Assembly: GCA_963819655.1 (NCBI GenBank)
Contig: CAWFXA010000003.1
Coordinates: 32,001 to 96,000 of the forward strand
From: an uncultured Chloroflexia bacterium
GTDB lineage: Bacteria > Chloroflexota > Limnocylindria > Limnocylindrales > CSP1-4
Direction of reading: 5' to 3'
Length of the DNA stretch: 64,000 nt
The notes under the pieces were generated by a model. The model did no database searches and was not told the DNA's origin. It saw only the letters and a program-made list of their open reading frames with translations. The translations under genes were made by a program, and so were the position numbers. Shown here piece after piece: positions 10,187-21,445 of the stretch. The stretch's first letter is position 1, and each line of letters opens with the position of its first letter.

Positions 10187-11651
10187 GTGGCGAAGGTGAC
10201 GATGCCCCAGCTCGGCGAGAGCGTCGCCGAGGGGACGATCGGCAAGTGGCTCAAGCAGCCGGGCGACCATGTCGACAAGTACGAGCCGCTGCTCGAGGTC
10301 ATCACGGACAAGGTCAACGCCGAGGTCCCGTCGCCGTTCGAGGGGGTCCTCAAGGAGATCCTCGCCGAGGAAGGCGCGACCGTCGCGAACAATGCCGAGA
10401 TCGCCGTGATCGAGACCGCCGACGAGGGTGCATCGACCGGCGGCGCCTCGACCGACGGCAACGGCAGGCCGCTCCGCCGCCGAGCGTCGCCGCACCGGCC
10501 GCGAGCGTCACCGAAGCGGCTCCGACGACCGGTCCCCGTCGAGGCGACAAGCCTCGCCGGATCCGACGAGCCGGCGGCGAAGGCACCGGCTCGCCGCCGC
10601 CGCCGCCACCGCGCCGCCACCGACGGCTACCCAGGCTCCCAGCGCGCAGGGCGATCCCGACGCCCGCATGACCCCTGCCGTTCGGCGCCTGCTGCGCGAA
10701 CACGCCCTGAGCCCCGAGCAGATCGTCGGGACCGGCGGCGGTGGTCGGATCACGCGGGATGACGTCCTGGCCGTGGTCGAAGCCATCCGCACGGGTGGCG
10801 CCGTGCCCGTCCCCGTCGTGGCCCAGGGTGCGCCCGCGACTGCCGCCGCGGCGCCGCCCGCCGACCAGGCAGCGACTCCTGCCCCGACTGCGGGCCCGCG
10901 CGCCGGCCTACCCACCGCGGCATCGATCGAGTTCCCTGAGGGCGCCGACGAAGTCCTCGTGCCGATGACCCAGATGCGCAAGGGCATCGCAGCGCAGATG
11001 ACCCGCGCGCTGCAGGCGCCGCACGCCTACGTCCAGATGGAGATCGACGCCACCCGGCTGGTCGCGATCCGGGAACGTGCCAAGAAGGCGTATCAGGCGA
11101 AGGAGGGCATCTCGTTGAGCTATGTGCCCTTCGTCGTCAAGGCGTCGGCTGAGGCGCTCAAGCGCAACCCGACGTTCAACGCGACCTGGACCGAGGGGGG
11201 CCTGCTCGCGAAGCGGCACATCAACATCGGCGTCGCGGTCGCGGTCGACGACGGCCTGATCGTGCCGGTCATCCGCGACGCGGACACGCTGTCGATCCAC
11301 GGCCTCAACGTCGCGATCACCGATGTCGCGAACCGCGCCCGTGCCAACAAGCTGCGGCTGGACGATTTCGGGGGCGGCACATTCACCGTCGACAACACCG
11401 GCTACCTCGGTACCAATCTCGTGATGCCGATCCTCAACGTTCCCGAGGTCGGGATCGTGACGATGGAGGCGATCACCAAGCGGCCGGTCGTCCAGTCGAC
11501 GCCCGACGGCGACGTGATCGCGATCCGGCCTGTGATGAACATGGTGCTCGGGGTCGACCACCGCGCCAACGACGGCGCGGGCGGGGCGGCGCTGCTCCGC
11601 GACATCAAGGCATGGCTCGAGGCGGTCGGGCCGGAGACACCGATCTACTGA
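10187..11651 (+). CDS. bkdB: Dihydrolipoamide acyltransferase E2, one apparent frameshift near 10470
   Basis: Lipoyl domain EVITDKVNAEVPSP (ORF 10187); E3-binding MTPAVRRL...GTGGGGRIT and catalytic DHRANDG (ORF 10428); span 1465 = 3n+1. Confidence 0.85.
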
Positions 11652-11690
11652 CCGCCTCCGGGCGGTCGGCCCGCACCGGCCCTGCGCCTG

Positions 11691-12664
11691 ATGCGCGTCT
11701 TCGTCACAGGCGGGGCGGGGTTCATCGGCCGGGCGGTCGCCCGCCGGCTCGCCGCGCGAGGCGATCGGCGTCACCGCCGTCGTCCGCGACCCCGATCAGG
11801 CCACCGAGCTGGCCGAGCTCGGTGTCGAGCTGCGCCGGGGCGACCTCTCACGGACCGCCGCGATCGTCGACGCGATGCGCGGCACCGATTCGGCGATCCA
11901 CCTGGCCGGCATGTACCGGGTCGGGATCCCGGCCAGCGCGCGGCCGGCGATGCATGAGGCCAACGTCGGGACGACCCACCGGGTGCTCGACGCGTTCGCG
12001 ACGGCCGGCCTCGACCGGATGGTCGCGACCTCGACGATCAACGTCGCCGGCAACACGCACGGCCGGATCGTCGACGAGCGCTATCGACGCGACCTCACGG
12101 AAGGCTTCCTCAGCTACTACGACGAGACGAAGTTCCTGTCGCATCGCGCGGTCCAGGAGCGGATCGGATCCGGGGCGAGGATCGTCATCACGATGCCCGG
12201 GACGACGTATGGCCCGAACGATCACTCGCAGATCGGCGAGCAGCTGAAGGGCGCCCACGACGGCACCCTGCGCTACCTCGCGCTCGTCGACCTCGGGATC
12301 TCGCCGCGTCTACGTCGACGACGTGGCGGCCGGCATCGTCGCAGCGCTCGATCGCGGCCGGATCGGCGAGTCGTACTTCCTGGGCGGCCAGAACATGCGT
12401 CTGCGCGACGCGATGGTGATGGCCGCGCGGCTCGGCGGGAGGACGCTGCCCCGCCTCGAGATCCCGACGTTCTTCCTGCGCCTGGGCGCGCGAGCTCCGG
12501 CGGCCGTGGCGCGCGCCGCACGCCTCCCGGACGACCTCGGCGAGGTCCTGCGGTCGACGCTGGGCGTGACCTTCTGGGGCTCGTCGGCCAAGGCTGCGAC
12601 GGAGCTCGGGTACGTGCCGCGAGACCTCGCGAGCGGTCTGCGAGCCACATTCGACGACCGATGA
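11691..12664 (+). CDS. NAD-dependent epimerase/dehydratase, two apparent frameshifts (~11765, ~12305)
   Basis: [21 protein letters not shown] (YxxxK) spread over three overlapping ORFs. Confidence 0.75.
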
Positions 12665-12734
12665 GCGGCGGCTGTCGCCGAATGCGGTCCGTCGCCACAT
12701 CGAGCGCCCGATCGGTTCGCACTACACTCCGGCC

Positions 12735-13800
12735 ATGACCCGCGAGCTGCCGATGTTCGAGCCGCCGCAGACCGCCGCGTCCTCGCCACACAACGGGCGG
12801 TCGGACCTGCCGATCTCGATCGGTGGTGGCGGCCTGGCCGGCCTGCCCGCGGCGGATGGGTCGGTCGCGCCGCGACGCCACCCGGACTGGATCCGTGCCC
12901 GGCTGCCGTCGGGCGACAACTACCACGACCTCAAGCGCCTGCTGCGCGGGCTGGACCTCAACACGGTCTGCGAGGAGGCCCACTGCCCGAACATCGGGGA
13001 GTGCTGGGACCAGCGCACGGCCACGATCATGATCCTCGGCGACACGTGCACCCGGGCCTGCGGCTTCTGCGCCGTGAAGACGGGCCGCCCGACCTGGTTC
13101 GACGACGACGAGCCGCGGCGGGTGGCCGAGGCGGTCGGCCGCGATGCAGCTCGAGCACGTCGTGGTCACCAGCGTCGCCCGTGACGACCTCCCCGACGGG
13201 GGATCGCGGATCTTCGCCGAGACGATCCTCGCCATGCGCGAGACGAGCCCGGGTATGGGCATCGAGGTGTTGATCCCGGACTTCGACGGATCGGACGACC
13301 GGCTGCAGACCGTCATGCACGCCCGACCGGACATCCTCAACCACAACCTCGAGACCGTCCGGCGCCTCCAGAAGCCGGTCCGCAAGCGTGCGCGCTGGGA
13401 TCGCAGCCTGTACGTCCTGCGCCGCGCTAAGGAGATGGCGCGTGAGATCGGCTTCCCGGTCCATACCAAGTCGAGCCTGATGGTCGGCCTGGGCGAGACA
13501 CGCGACGAGCTCCAGGAGGCGTTCGAGGCGCTGCGCGAGAACGACGTCGATATCCTGACGATCGGCCAGTACCTGCGCCCTTCGATGCGACACCTGCCAT
13601 TGGAGCGCTACTACCACCCGGACGAGTTCGCGGAGATGAAGACCGCGGCGCTGGCGCTCGGGTTCAAGCACGTCGAATCGGCGCCGCTGGTCCGCTCCAG
13701 CTATCACGCTCGTGACCAGGTGCCCGACGCGGAGCTGCGGAACCGTCGACGGCAGGCCACGATCGATGCGGAGGGCCGCATCGTCCCGCTCGCCGGCTGA
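12735..13800 (+). CDS. lipA: Lipoyl synthase, one apparent frameshift near 13140
   Basis: [55 protein letters not shown]. Confidence 0.92.
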
Positions 13801-13815
13801 GATCGCCGGCTGACC

Positions 13816-13963
13816 GCTGACGATGTCACCGTGAGTGACGCATTCGCGATGAACGAGCACGAGCCGATCGCTCAGAATGCAGCAATCCGTCGCCTGGGCG
13901 ATCGGACGTGCACGGCTGTAGCGATCGTGTCACTGACGCTGACAATGTCGCCTTGAGTGACAC
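13816..13963. repeat. REP-like intergenic repeat cluster
   Basis: GCTGACGATGTCACCGTGAGTGAC (13816-13839) ~ GCTGACAATGTCGCCTTGAGTGAC (13938-13961); GTGTCACT/AGTGACAC stem 13927-13963. Confidence 0.55.
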
Positions 13964-14012
13964 TCCTCACCCTGACTCGGAACCCTGGGCAGCAGCAAGG
14001 CGTCCGAATGCC

Positions 14013-14696
14013 ATGCCGCGAGCCCTCGCTGCCGCCGCACTCGCCGTCGTCGCGTTCCTCACGAGCGCATGCGCAGGATCCGCACCGGCACCATCGGCCA
14101 CCGCCGCGCCTTCCGCTGCTGCCGAACCGTCCCTGCCCGCCGCCATCGACATGTCTGATGCCCGGACGGCCTGCATCAACCTCGGTTTGGACGACTGCCG
14201 CAGAGTCGTCGCCCAGGTGGCGACGATCGTGCCGCCGGGTTCAGCGGTGACCTACATCCAGGTCGGGCCGTTCGGCTGCGCGGCAGGCGAGGGCTGCGCC
14301 CCGTCACTGGCCGAGCGGCCGGAGGGCGACGTCACGCTCGAAGCCGGGGTCGGCGCACTGTCCTACCACGTGACCGTGTCGAGCGGCTCCGAGCTCACCA
14401 TCGAGCGCCAGGACGCGTTCGGCGTGCTGCTCGGGCCGGAGTCGCAGCCGCCGGTCACCGCCGGGGCGCGGCCGTTCTCCCTGGGTCATTGCGGCCTGTG
14501 GAGCGGGATCGATTCGGGCGGCAGCTGGTGGGATCCCGTCGGCCCCGTCGATGGCGATCATCCGGACGCGATCAACGCGGCAGACGGCACCTTGAGCATC
14601 CAGGATCCGGACCACGCGACATTCACGTCGAAGGGTGGTCTGACGGTCCAGCTGGTCCGTCACGAGGGCGACAAGTACCTGCCGCTCTGCCAGTAG
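14013..14696 (+). CDS. Hypothetical secreted or lipoprotein, Cys-containing
   Basis: Signal peptide with lipobox-like LTSAC; HCGLWSGID...GGSWW motif. Confidence 0.65.
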   Translation: MPRALAAAALAVVAFLTSACAGSAPAPSATAAPSAAAEPSLPAAIDMSDARTACINLGLDDCRRVVAQVATIVPPGSAVTYIQVGPFGCAAGEGCAPSLAERPEGDVTLEAGVGALSYHVTVSSGSELTIERQDAFGVLLGPESQPPVTAGARPFSLGHCGLWSGIDSGGSWWDPVGPVDGDHPDAINAADGTLSIQDPDHATFTSKGGLTVQLVRHEGDKYLPLCQ

Positions 14697-14737
14697 GCCG
14701 CCTGCCGGCGGGCGCTCGCTGAGGCTATCCTTCGGGC

Positions 14738-15790
14738 ATGGCCCGGCAGCTCTCCCGCAAGATCCCCCTCGCGGAGCTGCATTGTCACCTCGGTGGGGCG
14801 GTCACCCCGGCGATCATGTGGGGCATCGCCCACGCGCAGGGCATCAAGCTCCCGACGAAGGACTACTGGCAATTCCGGGACATGATCACGGTCTCGAAGC
14901 GGACCCAGAGCTTCGACGGCTACCTGCAGCTGTTCCACTGGACCGAGCTCATCCAGAGCTCACCAATCGCGGTCGAGCGAGCCGTGTACGAGGTCGTCGG
15001 CGGCGCATACCGCAAGAACAACATCACGACGATGGAGCTGCGCTTCAACCCGATGAAGCGGAACAGGGGCGGCGAGCAGGATCTCGACCACATCATCGCG
15101 GCGGCCCTGCGCGGGATGGACAAGGCCACTCTCGAATACCCGGTCAAGCCCGGGCTGATCTTCTGCCTCGATCGGGCGTTCCCGTACGAGCTCAACGAGA
15201 TCATCGCGGAGAAGGCGATCGGCTGGCGAGACCGTGGCGTCGTGGGCATCGATATCGCCGGCCCCGAGGCATCGACCTTCCGTGTCGCCGACTACCGGCG
15301 TCTCTTCCGGCGAGTCCGCCAGTTCGGGCTCGGTATCACGGTCCACACCGGCGAGGCCGGCCCCGTCGATGAGATCTCCCGCGTCGTCGAGCTGCTCGAG
15401 CCCGATCGCATCGGGCATGGCGTGAAGGCCGCCTACGACCCGCGCGCGATGGAGATGATCCGCGAGCGCGGCATCGTCCTCGAGATCTGCCCGACCTCCA
15501 ACCTGAACACACGGGTCGTGTCGGGCTGGGACGAATTCCGCTGGATCTTCGACACGTTCCGGCGCAACGGCGTCCGGTTCACGATCAACACCGACGGACC
15601 CGAGATGCTCAAGACCTACATCCGCGACGAGATGGCGACGCTCGGCCGGCTGGGCATCCTGTCGGTCGACGACCAGGAGCAGGCCGCGGCCACGTCGCTC
15701 GCTGCCTCGTTCGTGCCGAATGTGTCGGACGTGCCGGCGCCGCGACTCGCACCCGCGTCGCGGGGAACGGTGGAGCGGGAGGAGGCCTGA
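14738..15790 (+). CDS. add: Adenosine deaminase family protein
   Basis: ELHCHLGG, VHTGE, RIGHG, EICPTSN, INTDGP. Confidence 0.85.
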   Translation: MARQLSRKIPLAELHCHLGGAVTPAIMWGIAHAQGIKLPTKDYWQFRDMITVSKRTQSFDGYLQLFHWTELIQSSPIAVERAVYEVVGGAYRKNNITTMELRFNPMKRNRGGEQDLDHIIAAALRGMDKATLEYPVKPGLIFCLDRAFPYELNEIIAEKAIGWRDRGVVGIDIAGPEASTFRVADYRRLFRRVRQFGLGITVHTGEAGPVDEISRVVELLEPDRIGHGVKAAYDPRAMEMIRERGIVLEICPTSNLNTRVVSGWDEFRWIFDTFRRNGVRFTINTDGPEMLKTYIRDEMATLGRLGILSVDDQEQAAATSLAASFVPNVSDVPAPRLAPASRGTVEREEA

Positions 15791-15818
15791 CCGAATCAGC
15801 CTCCGGTCGAGCGTCCCA

Positions 15819-16589
15819 TCAGTCGGACGCGCCCCCGATCCGGTACGTGCAGCAGCGATCGCCTGCGGCGATGTGGGTCTCGCGCTCGACGTCGACGCCG
15901 AGGACATCACGGAAGAGATCGAGCTCCGCCTGGCAGGCCGCCGCATTGTCCGCGGCGACGTGGTGGATCGCACAGTTGCGCTCGACCAGGCGGATGACGC
16001 CGTCGGCACCGATCAGGGCCTCTGCGAGATACCCCTGTTCGTCCTGGATCACCGCCAGCTCTCTCGCCCTGTCGACCAAGGGCGCGTCGGCCGGCAGGCG
16101 GTCGACCAGGCGCTGACGGACCCGGTCGCTCGTCCGCCGCCGCCGCTCGTCGAAGACATCGTCGACCAGCCCTTCGCCGCCGATGGCGCGGATGGCGGCT
16201 AGCAGGCCGTTTGCGAGGCCGTCGTAGTTGGTCGGGAACAGATCCTGGGCGGCGTCGGTGACGTCGTAGACATGGCGGGGCCGGCCGACACCGTGACGCA
16301 CGGCTCGACGGCTCACCAGGCCGGCCGCCTCCAGCGCGTGGAGCTGCTGCAGGACGCCGGTCCGACTCGCGCCGAGCCCCGCCGCCAGGTCCTCGGGTGC
16401 TGACGGTCCGTCCTGGCGGAGGAGCAGCAGCAGGTTGCGACGAAGTGCCGACGACCCGGCGATGCCGTCGAACTGGGCGAGCGACCCACGTTCCCCGCGA
16501 GGCTCGGTGACGGCGGGGCGTCGGGCGCCCTCGAAGCGCTGCGCGGCTCGGGCATGGTCCGGGAAGGCTAGCACCGGGACCCGGGTCAT
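15819..16589 (-). CDS. SufR-like winged-helix transcriptional regulator (start may be further downstream)
   Basis: HTH with GVGRPRHVY; C-terminal cysteines RNCAI...ACQAEL...RCCTY. Confidence 0.75.
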   Translation of the reverse strand: MTRVPVLAFPDHARAAQRFEGARRPAVTEPRGERGSLAQFDGIAGSSALRRNLLLLLRQDGPSAPEDLAAGLGASRTGVLQQLHALEAAGLVSRRAVRHGVGRPRHVYDVTDAAQDLFPTNYDGLANGLLAAIRAIGGEGLVDDVFDERRRRTSDRVRQRLVDRLPADAPLVDRARELAVIQDEQGYLAEALIGADGVIRLVERNCAIHHVAADNAAACQAELDLFRDVLGVDVERETHIAAGDRCCTYRIGGASD

Positions 16590-16612
16590 GCTGCGGTGAT
16601 AGGCTCGGGCCG

Positions 16613-17767
16613 ATGGACCTCGACCTCGCCCCGGAGCACGCCCTGCTGCGTGACACCATCCGGGACTTCATGCAGACCGAGGTCGCGCCGGTCGTCGAGG
16701 AACACGAGCGCGAGCGACGCTTCCCCACCGACATCGTGCGGCGGATCGGCGAGCTCGGCTGGCTGGGCATCCCGATCCCCGAGGACGAGGGCGGGGCCGG
16801 CCTCGACACGCTGGCCTACGCGATCGCGATCGAGGAGATCGGCCGCGTGTGGGGTTCGCTCGGGCTCATCGTCGCAGCCCACACGAGCCTCGGTTGCGGG
16901 CCCATCCACCTGGTCGGCACGGACGAGCAGAAGCAGCGCTACCTCGTCCCGATGGCGAGCGGCCATGTCCTGGGCGCGTACGGGCTGACCGAGCCGGGCG
17001 CGGGCTCCGACGCCGGCGGGACGAGGACGACCGCGCGGCTCGATGGCGATTCGTGGGTTCTCGATGGCGCCAAGCGCTTCATCACGAATGCCGGGCACGC
17101 CGGCACCTACGTGATCACGGCCAAGACCGGCACGACCGACAAGGGCGACGCGGAGATCAGCGCGTTCATCGTCCCGGCCGACACGCCGGGGTTCAGCGTC
17201 GGGCGTCTGGAGGACAAGCTGGGCCTGCACGCGTCGGCGACCGGCGAGCTCCGCTTCGAGGGCGCACGGATCCCTGCCTCGAACATGCTCGGTCCACAGG
17301 GCGACGGCTTCAGGACGTTCCTCAAGATCCTCGACGGCGGGCGGATCTCGATCGGCGCCCTGGCCGTCGGCCTGGCCCAGGCCGCGCTCGACGCGAGCAT
17401 CCCCTACGCGCAGTCGCGCGAGCAGTTCGGCCGGCCGATCGGCACGTTCCAGGGCGTCGCCTTCATGGTCGCCGACATGGCGACCGAGATCGACGCGGCA
17501 CGATCTCTCATCTGGAGGGCAGCCTGGCTCAAGGACCAGGGCCGGGACTACGGCCTTGTCGCCGCGGAGGGCAAGCTGTTCGCCTCGGAGGTGAGTGCCC
17601 GCGCCACGAACGCCGCCATCCAGATCCATGGCGGCTACGGGTACACGACCGATTATCCGGTCGAGCGCTTCATGCGCGATGCGAAGCTGACCGAGATCGG
17701 GGAGGGGACGAGCCAGGTGCAACGCCTGGTCATCGCGCGGAAGGTCCTCGGTCTGCGCGTCGTCTGA
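16613..17767 (+). CDS. Acyl-CoA dehydrogenase
   Basis: [47 protein letters not shown]. Confidence 0.95.
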   Translation: MDLDLAPEHALLRDTIRDFMQTEVAPVVEEHERERRFPTDIVRRIGELGWLGIPIPEDEGGAGLDTLAYAIAIEEIGRVWGSLGLIVAAHTSLGCGPIHLVGTDEQKQRYLVPMASGHVLGAYGLTEPGAGSDAGGTRTTARLDGDSWVLDGAKRFITNAGHAGTYVITAKTGTTDKGDAEISAFIVPADTPGFSVGRLEDKLGLHASATGELRFEGARIPASNMLGPQGDGFRTFLKILDGGRISIGALAVGLAQAALDASIPYAQSREQFGRPIGTFQGVAFMVADMATEIDAARSLIWRAAWLKDQGRDYGLVAAEGKLFASEVSARATNAAIQIHGGYGYTTDYPVERFMRDAKLTEIGEGTSQVQRLVIARKVLGLRVV

Positions 17768-17772
17768 CGCCC

Positions 17773-18507
17773 TCAGCCCACCTTGGCCAGCCGGACGATC
17801 AGGCGGTACTGGCTCTTCGACCCGACACACGTCTGCAGCGTGAGGCTCGGGCGCGGCTGCGCCGCGTACGCCCAGGCGCCCTTGTCCGGGGTCGTCACCT
17901 TCCACCACGAGACGGCGTAGGTGCCGACCTTGCCGTCCGCTCCGGCGTAGTACACCTTCATGCCCTTCTTGAGCCGACCCCGGACATACGCGTCGTGGAG
18001 CGGTTTGAACACGCTGTGGGCGTGCCCGAAGAGATAGATGTTGTTCGTGCCGGCGCAGCCCCAGCGGTACACGCGATTACCCGGGTAGAACGACGACGAA
18101 CACGCATACCGCGACACCGAACGGTCGATCCCGAGGGCCGGGATCCAGACATGGTTGCGCCCCTTGAACGATCCGACACTGGCCGTCCCGGCGGAGGTCT
18201 CTTGCTTGGAGACCGCCGTCGGCCGCGGATCGGGGACGTCCGGCTTGGGACGGCTGATCCAGTCGGTGAGCGCGGGCACCGCGCGCGACATGGAGGGCCG
18301 CGCGGCCACGGCGACGGAGGCGACCCGTTCGTGCCGATCCGCGGGCTGCGGGATCCGAGCCGGAACGGCGCGGATCGTCGGCCACCCAGGCGCGACGATC
18401 GCCTGGCGCTGCGTGCCGTAGACGGTCGCCGGAGCACTGGCCGCGAGGAGGTTGGCGACCAGCGCGAGGGCGAGCAGCGACCGGGCAGGTCGCGCGACGG
18501 TGGGCAT
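17773..18507 (-). CDS. Sortase family protein
   Basis: WIPALGID, LFGHA (His), LTLQTC (Cys), YRLIV (Arg). Confidence 0.8.
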   Translation of the reverse strand: MPTVARPARSLLALALVANLLAASAPATVYGTQRQAIVAPGWPTIRAVPARIPQPADRHERVASVAVAARPSMSRAVPALTDWISRPKPDVPDPRPTAVSKQETSAGTASVGSFKGRNHVWIPALGIDRSVSRYACSSSFYPGNRVYRWGCAGTNNIYLFGHAHSVFKPLHDAYVRGRLKKGMKVYYAGADGKVGTYAVSWWKVTTPDKGAWAYAAQPRPSLTLQTCVGSKSQYRLIVRLAKVG

Positions 18508-18587
18508 GACCGCAGCATCCCCACCGGGACCGCACCGGACCGTGGCTCGGACGTCCCATCACCGATGGGAAGGAGGACCCCCTGACC

Positions 18588-19046
18588 TTAGTCCCCGGTC
18601 CCGGCTGCCACCTCCACGGCATCGCGGATCGCAGACTCGAACCTCGGCGCCCACGGGCCCTGCCCGGCCAGGACGTAGGGGGACTGTTCGACGGCCTCGT
18701 ATGTGTCGGCGTCGGTGACGAACGACCGAGCGCAGAAGTCGACACTCGCCCGCAGCTTCTCGAAGGACGCGCGGTTGCGGAAGATGTACAGGTGGATGCG
18801 CACCCGCTCGGCCTGGTCGAGACCCTTCGCATCGAACCTGATCGCCGTCGGGATCAGCTCTCGATCGTCGCAGCCCGCGTCGCCCGACACGATGTCGTCG
18901 ATGACCACCGATCGCTTCACGATCTCGGCCGCGATGCCCTGGAAGTCGGCCGGCGTGGGCGCCGGGGGTGAGGTCGAGATCGAGCCGCATGCTGAGACCA
19001 GCAGCGCGACCGCCGCGGTCGCGGTGATCGATCGGATGGTCGGCAC
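18588..19046 (-). CDS. Hypothetical lipoprotein
   Basis: GTG start 7 nt after a TAGCCT -10 box; lipobox-like LVSAC. Confidence 0.65.
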   Translation of the reverse strand: MPTIRSITATAAVALLVSACGSISTSPPAPTPADFQGIAAEIVKRSVVIDDIVSGDAGCDDRELIPTAIRFDAKGLDQAERVRIHLYIFRNRASFEKLRASVDFCARSFVTDADTYEAVEQSPYVLAGQGPWAPRFESAIRDAVEVAAGTGD

Positions 19047-19116
19047 GGGCGGCAGGCTAGCACCGGGCAGGCAAACACGCGCCCCGGGGTACGATGGCCG
19101 TCCGAGTGAGGCGCAC

Positions 19117-21426
19117 GTGACGGCTGGGAACCGAGGGCGACGAAACGCATTGGGGGCTGCCGGCCTCGCGACGGCCCTCCTGGCCGGTCTGGCCACGATC
19201 GCCCCTGCGGCTGAAACGCCGCCCCTGAGCCGGCTCGACACGCCGATGGCCGACCTCGTGGTGCTAGAACCGCTGATCCCGTCCGACACGGACTCAGCGA
19301 CCCCGATGCTGCTGGTGCTCGACGCGGCCGCTCCCGCCCCGAACCTCGCACACCTTTCCATCCTCGAGCGAACGAACGAGTGGACCCCCGCCTTCGGGGT
19401 CGACGTCGACGTCGGGCGGGACGACCTTATCGCGCGCTGGTTCGTCGGACTGAGCGCCCGACATTTTGCCCTGATCGCCACGACACCGACAGACGCCCCG
19501 GGAACGGGACACGCCGTCGTCATCGGGTTCGATGTCCGGGATCAGGTCGGTTCGCCGACGATCGTCGAGACCGCTCGAACCAGCTTCGACCACGCGATCG
19601 AGACGGCCGGCCCGGCCGACGTCGACGGCTTCGGGACGGCCGAGCTGGTCGTGGGCTCACGGCCTGTCTTCGACGCGTCTGGCTCGTGCGGGACGACGTC
19701 GCTGCGCGTGCTCGACGGCTTGACCCTGGACGTCCGCCGGTCGATCGACCTGCCCGGTCGCCTCGGCCCTGGCGTCCTCGGTGATTGGGACGACGAGCGG
19801 GGCGATGACCTGCTGGTCTACGCCTCGTCCGACTGTCCGCCCGGCGGTCCGGGGGGTGCCCGCCTGGTGGCTGTCCGACTGCGCGACGGGACCGAATGGA
19901 ACGTGACCAGTGAGGTCTCTGGACAGGACCCCGCTGCCGTCCCGCCACCGCTCCGCGTCCACCTGGAAGGCATGGCCCATGACAACGCCGTGGTCTCGCT
20001 GGCCGAAGGCATCGCGATCGTCGATGCCGTGGGAAGCGACCCGGTCGAGGTCGACATCGAACCTGGTGCTCCGCTTGTGGCCGGGCCGGACCCGGATGCC
20101 CTGGGCCCGGCGACGCGGATCGCCTGGATCGATAGTTCGGGCCTGCACACGGAGCGCGTCCGCGCTGACCCCAGCGGACTGATCGTCAGATCCGGACGGA
20201 CCGACCTGATCGCGCAGGACACGATCGACGCCGGCCGGTGGCTCCTGCTGGTGCGAGCGACCCTCGATGACATCATCGCCCATGGGTCGTCGAGTGCATG
20301 GCTCGGCGATGTCGTCGACGAAGGCTGTCCGGATCTGATCCTGCCGGGTGCCATCCTGCCGTGCGGCTCGGCCGACCTGCGGCCGGGCGCAGCATGGCTC
20401 GCGACGCGTCCGATCGCGGGCATGCCCATCGAGGGACGGCGCACCCTCCTGGTCGCCGCCGGACTCGGCTGGGATCCGGACGGGGGGCTTCCGGTGTCGC
20501 CGACCCCGTGGGCGGGTGGGCCCCCTGGCTGGTGGCGGAATGGCCCCTCGACGCCGTTCGCCGTCTCGGAGGTCCGAGCCGACAACGTCACGTATTTCCA
20601 GGATTTCCCGAGCCCGGCGGCGACGATCGAGAAGATGACGGCGGCCGATGGAACGACGCTGCTTCCCGGTTTCACCGGCACGCGGATGTTCGTCACCGTG
20701 GTGCCCCTGGCCGATGAGGAATCTGGTCCGGACGTCGCACCGAGCCGACTGGAAGGGCTCACGACCGGCGCAGGCCCGAACGGGATCGCGACGGTCGTCC
20801 GCGTGCCGATCCCGCCGGGCAGCGAGTCCGGCCGGGATGGCTCGTACGCGACGCTGGCGCTGGGAGATGTGCGTCTGCCCGGTGCCGAACGGACCACGCG
20901 CTGGGCGCTTCAGGCCGTGCCGGTCAACGACTGGGGCGAAGTCGGCTTTCCGGTCGTCCGCACGATCGTGCGTGACGCGGTCGGCCCGACACTCAACATG
21001 GAGGCGCCCTTCACGAGTCCGGTCTGGCCGTTCCAGGCGCGGCTCCCCGGACGGTCCGAACCCGGTTCGTCGGTCAGCATCGAGGGCGGCGGGGAGATCC
21101 CGGTCGATGAGCGCGGGCGGTTCACGGTCGTGACCCACCTCGCTCCGTGGCCCCAGACGATCCGGCTCACCGCGACCGACTCGACAGGCAACGCCTCGAT
21201 CGCGGAGTTCTCGATCGTCGGTGGTGTCGATTACCGGCGGTTCCCCTGGGCGCTGATCGCTGCTCTGGCGCTTCTCGGGGTCGTCGCCGCGAGGGGGCTC
21301 GCGGCAGCCGGCCGGAGCCGTTCCGGCGCGGTCGAGGCGACGCCATGGTCGACGGGGACGCTTGACGAAGGGTCGATGCCGGAGATCGAGGACCTCCCGC
21401 CGGGTAGCGGACTCGCACCTCGCTGA
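19117..21426 (+). CDS. Large exported protein with FG-GAP-like motifs, Ig-like region and C-terminal TM anchor
   Basis: Signal peptide; DVDGFGTAEL and DWDDERGDDL motifs; C-terminal hydrophobic helix. Confidence 0.65.
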   Translation: MTAGNRGRRNALGAAGLATALLAGLATIAPAAETPPLSRLDTPMADLVVLEPLIPSDTDSATPMLLVLDAAAPAPNLAHLSILERTNEWTPAFGVDVDVGRDDLIARWFVGLSARHFALIATTPTDAPGTGHAVVIGFDVRDQVGSPTIVETARTSFDHAIETAGPADVDGFGTAELVVGSRPVFDASGSCGTTSLRVLDGLTLDVRRSIDLPGRLGPGVLGDWDDERGDDLLVYASSDCPPGGPGGARLVAVRLRDGTEWNVTSEVSGQDPAAVPPPLRVHLEGMAHDNAVVSLAEGIAIVDAVGSDPVEVDIEPGAPLVAGPDPDALGPATRIAWIDSSGLHTERVRADPSGLIVRSGRTDLIAQDTIDAGRWLLLVRATLDDIIAHGSSSAWLGDVVDEGCPDLILPGAILPCGSADLRPGAAWLATRPIAGMPIEGRRTLLVAAGLGWDPDGGLPVSPTPWAGGPPGWWRNGPSTPFAVSEVRADNVTYFQDFPSPAATIEKMTAADGTTLLPGFTGTRMFVTVVPLADEESGPDVAPSRLEGLTTGAGPNGIATVVRVPIPPGSESGRDGSYATLALGDVRLPGAERTTRWALQAVPVNDWGEVGFPVVRTIVRDAVGPTLNMEAPFTSPVWPFQARLPGRSEPGSSVSIEGGGEIPVDERGRFTVVTHLAPWPQTIRLTATDSTGNASIAEFSIVGGVDYRRFPWALIAALALLGVVAARGLAAAGRSRSGAVEATPWSTGTLDEGSMPEIEDLPPGSGLAPR

Positions 21427-21445
21427 CGGAGCGCTCGCGGCGGGA

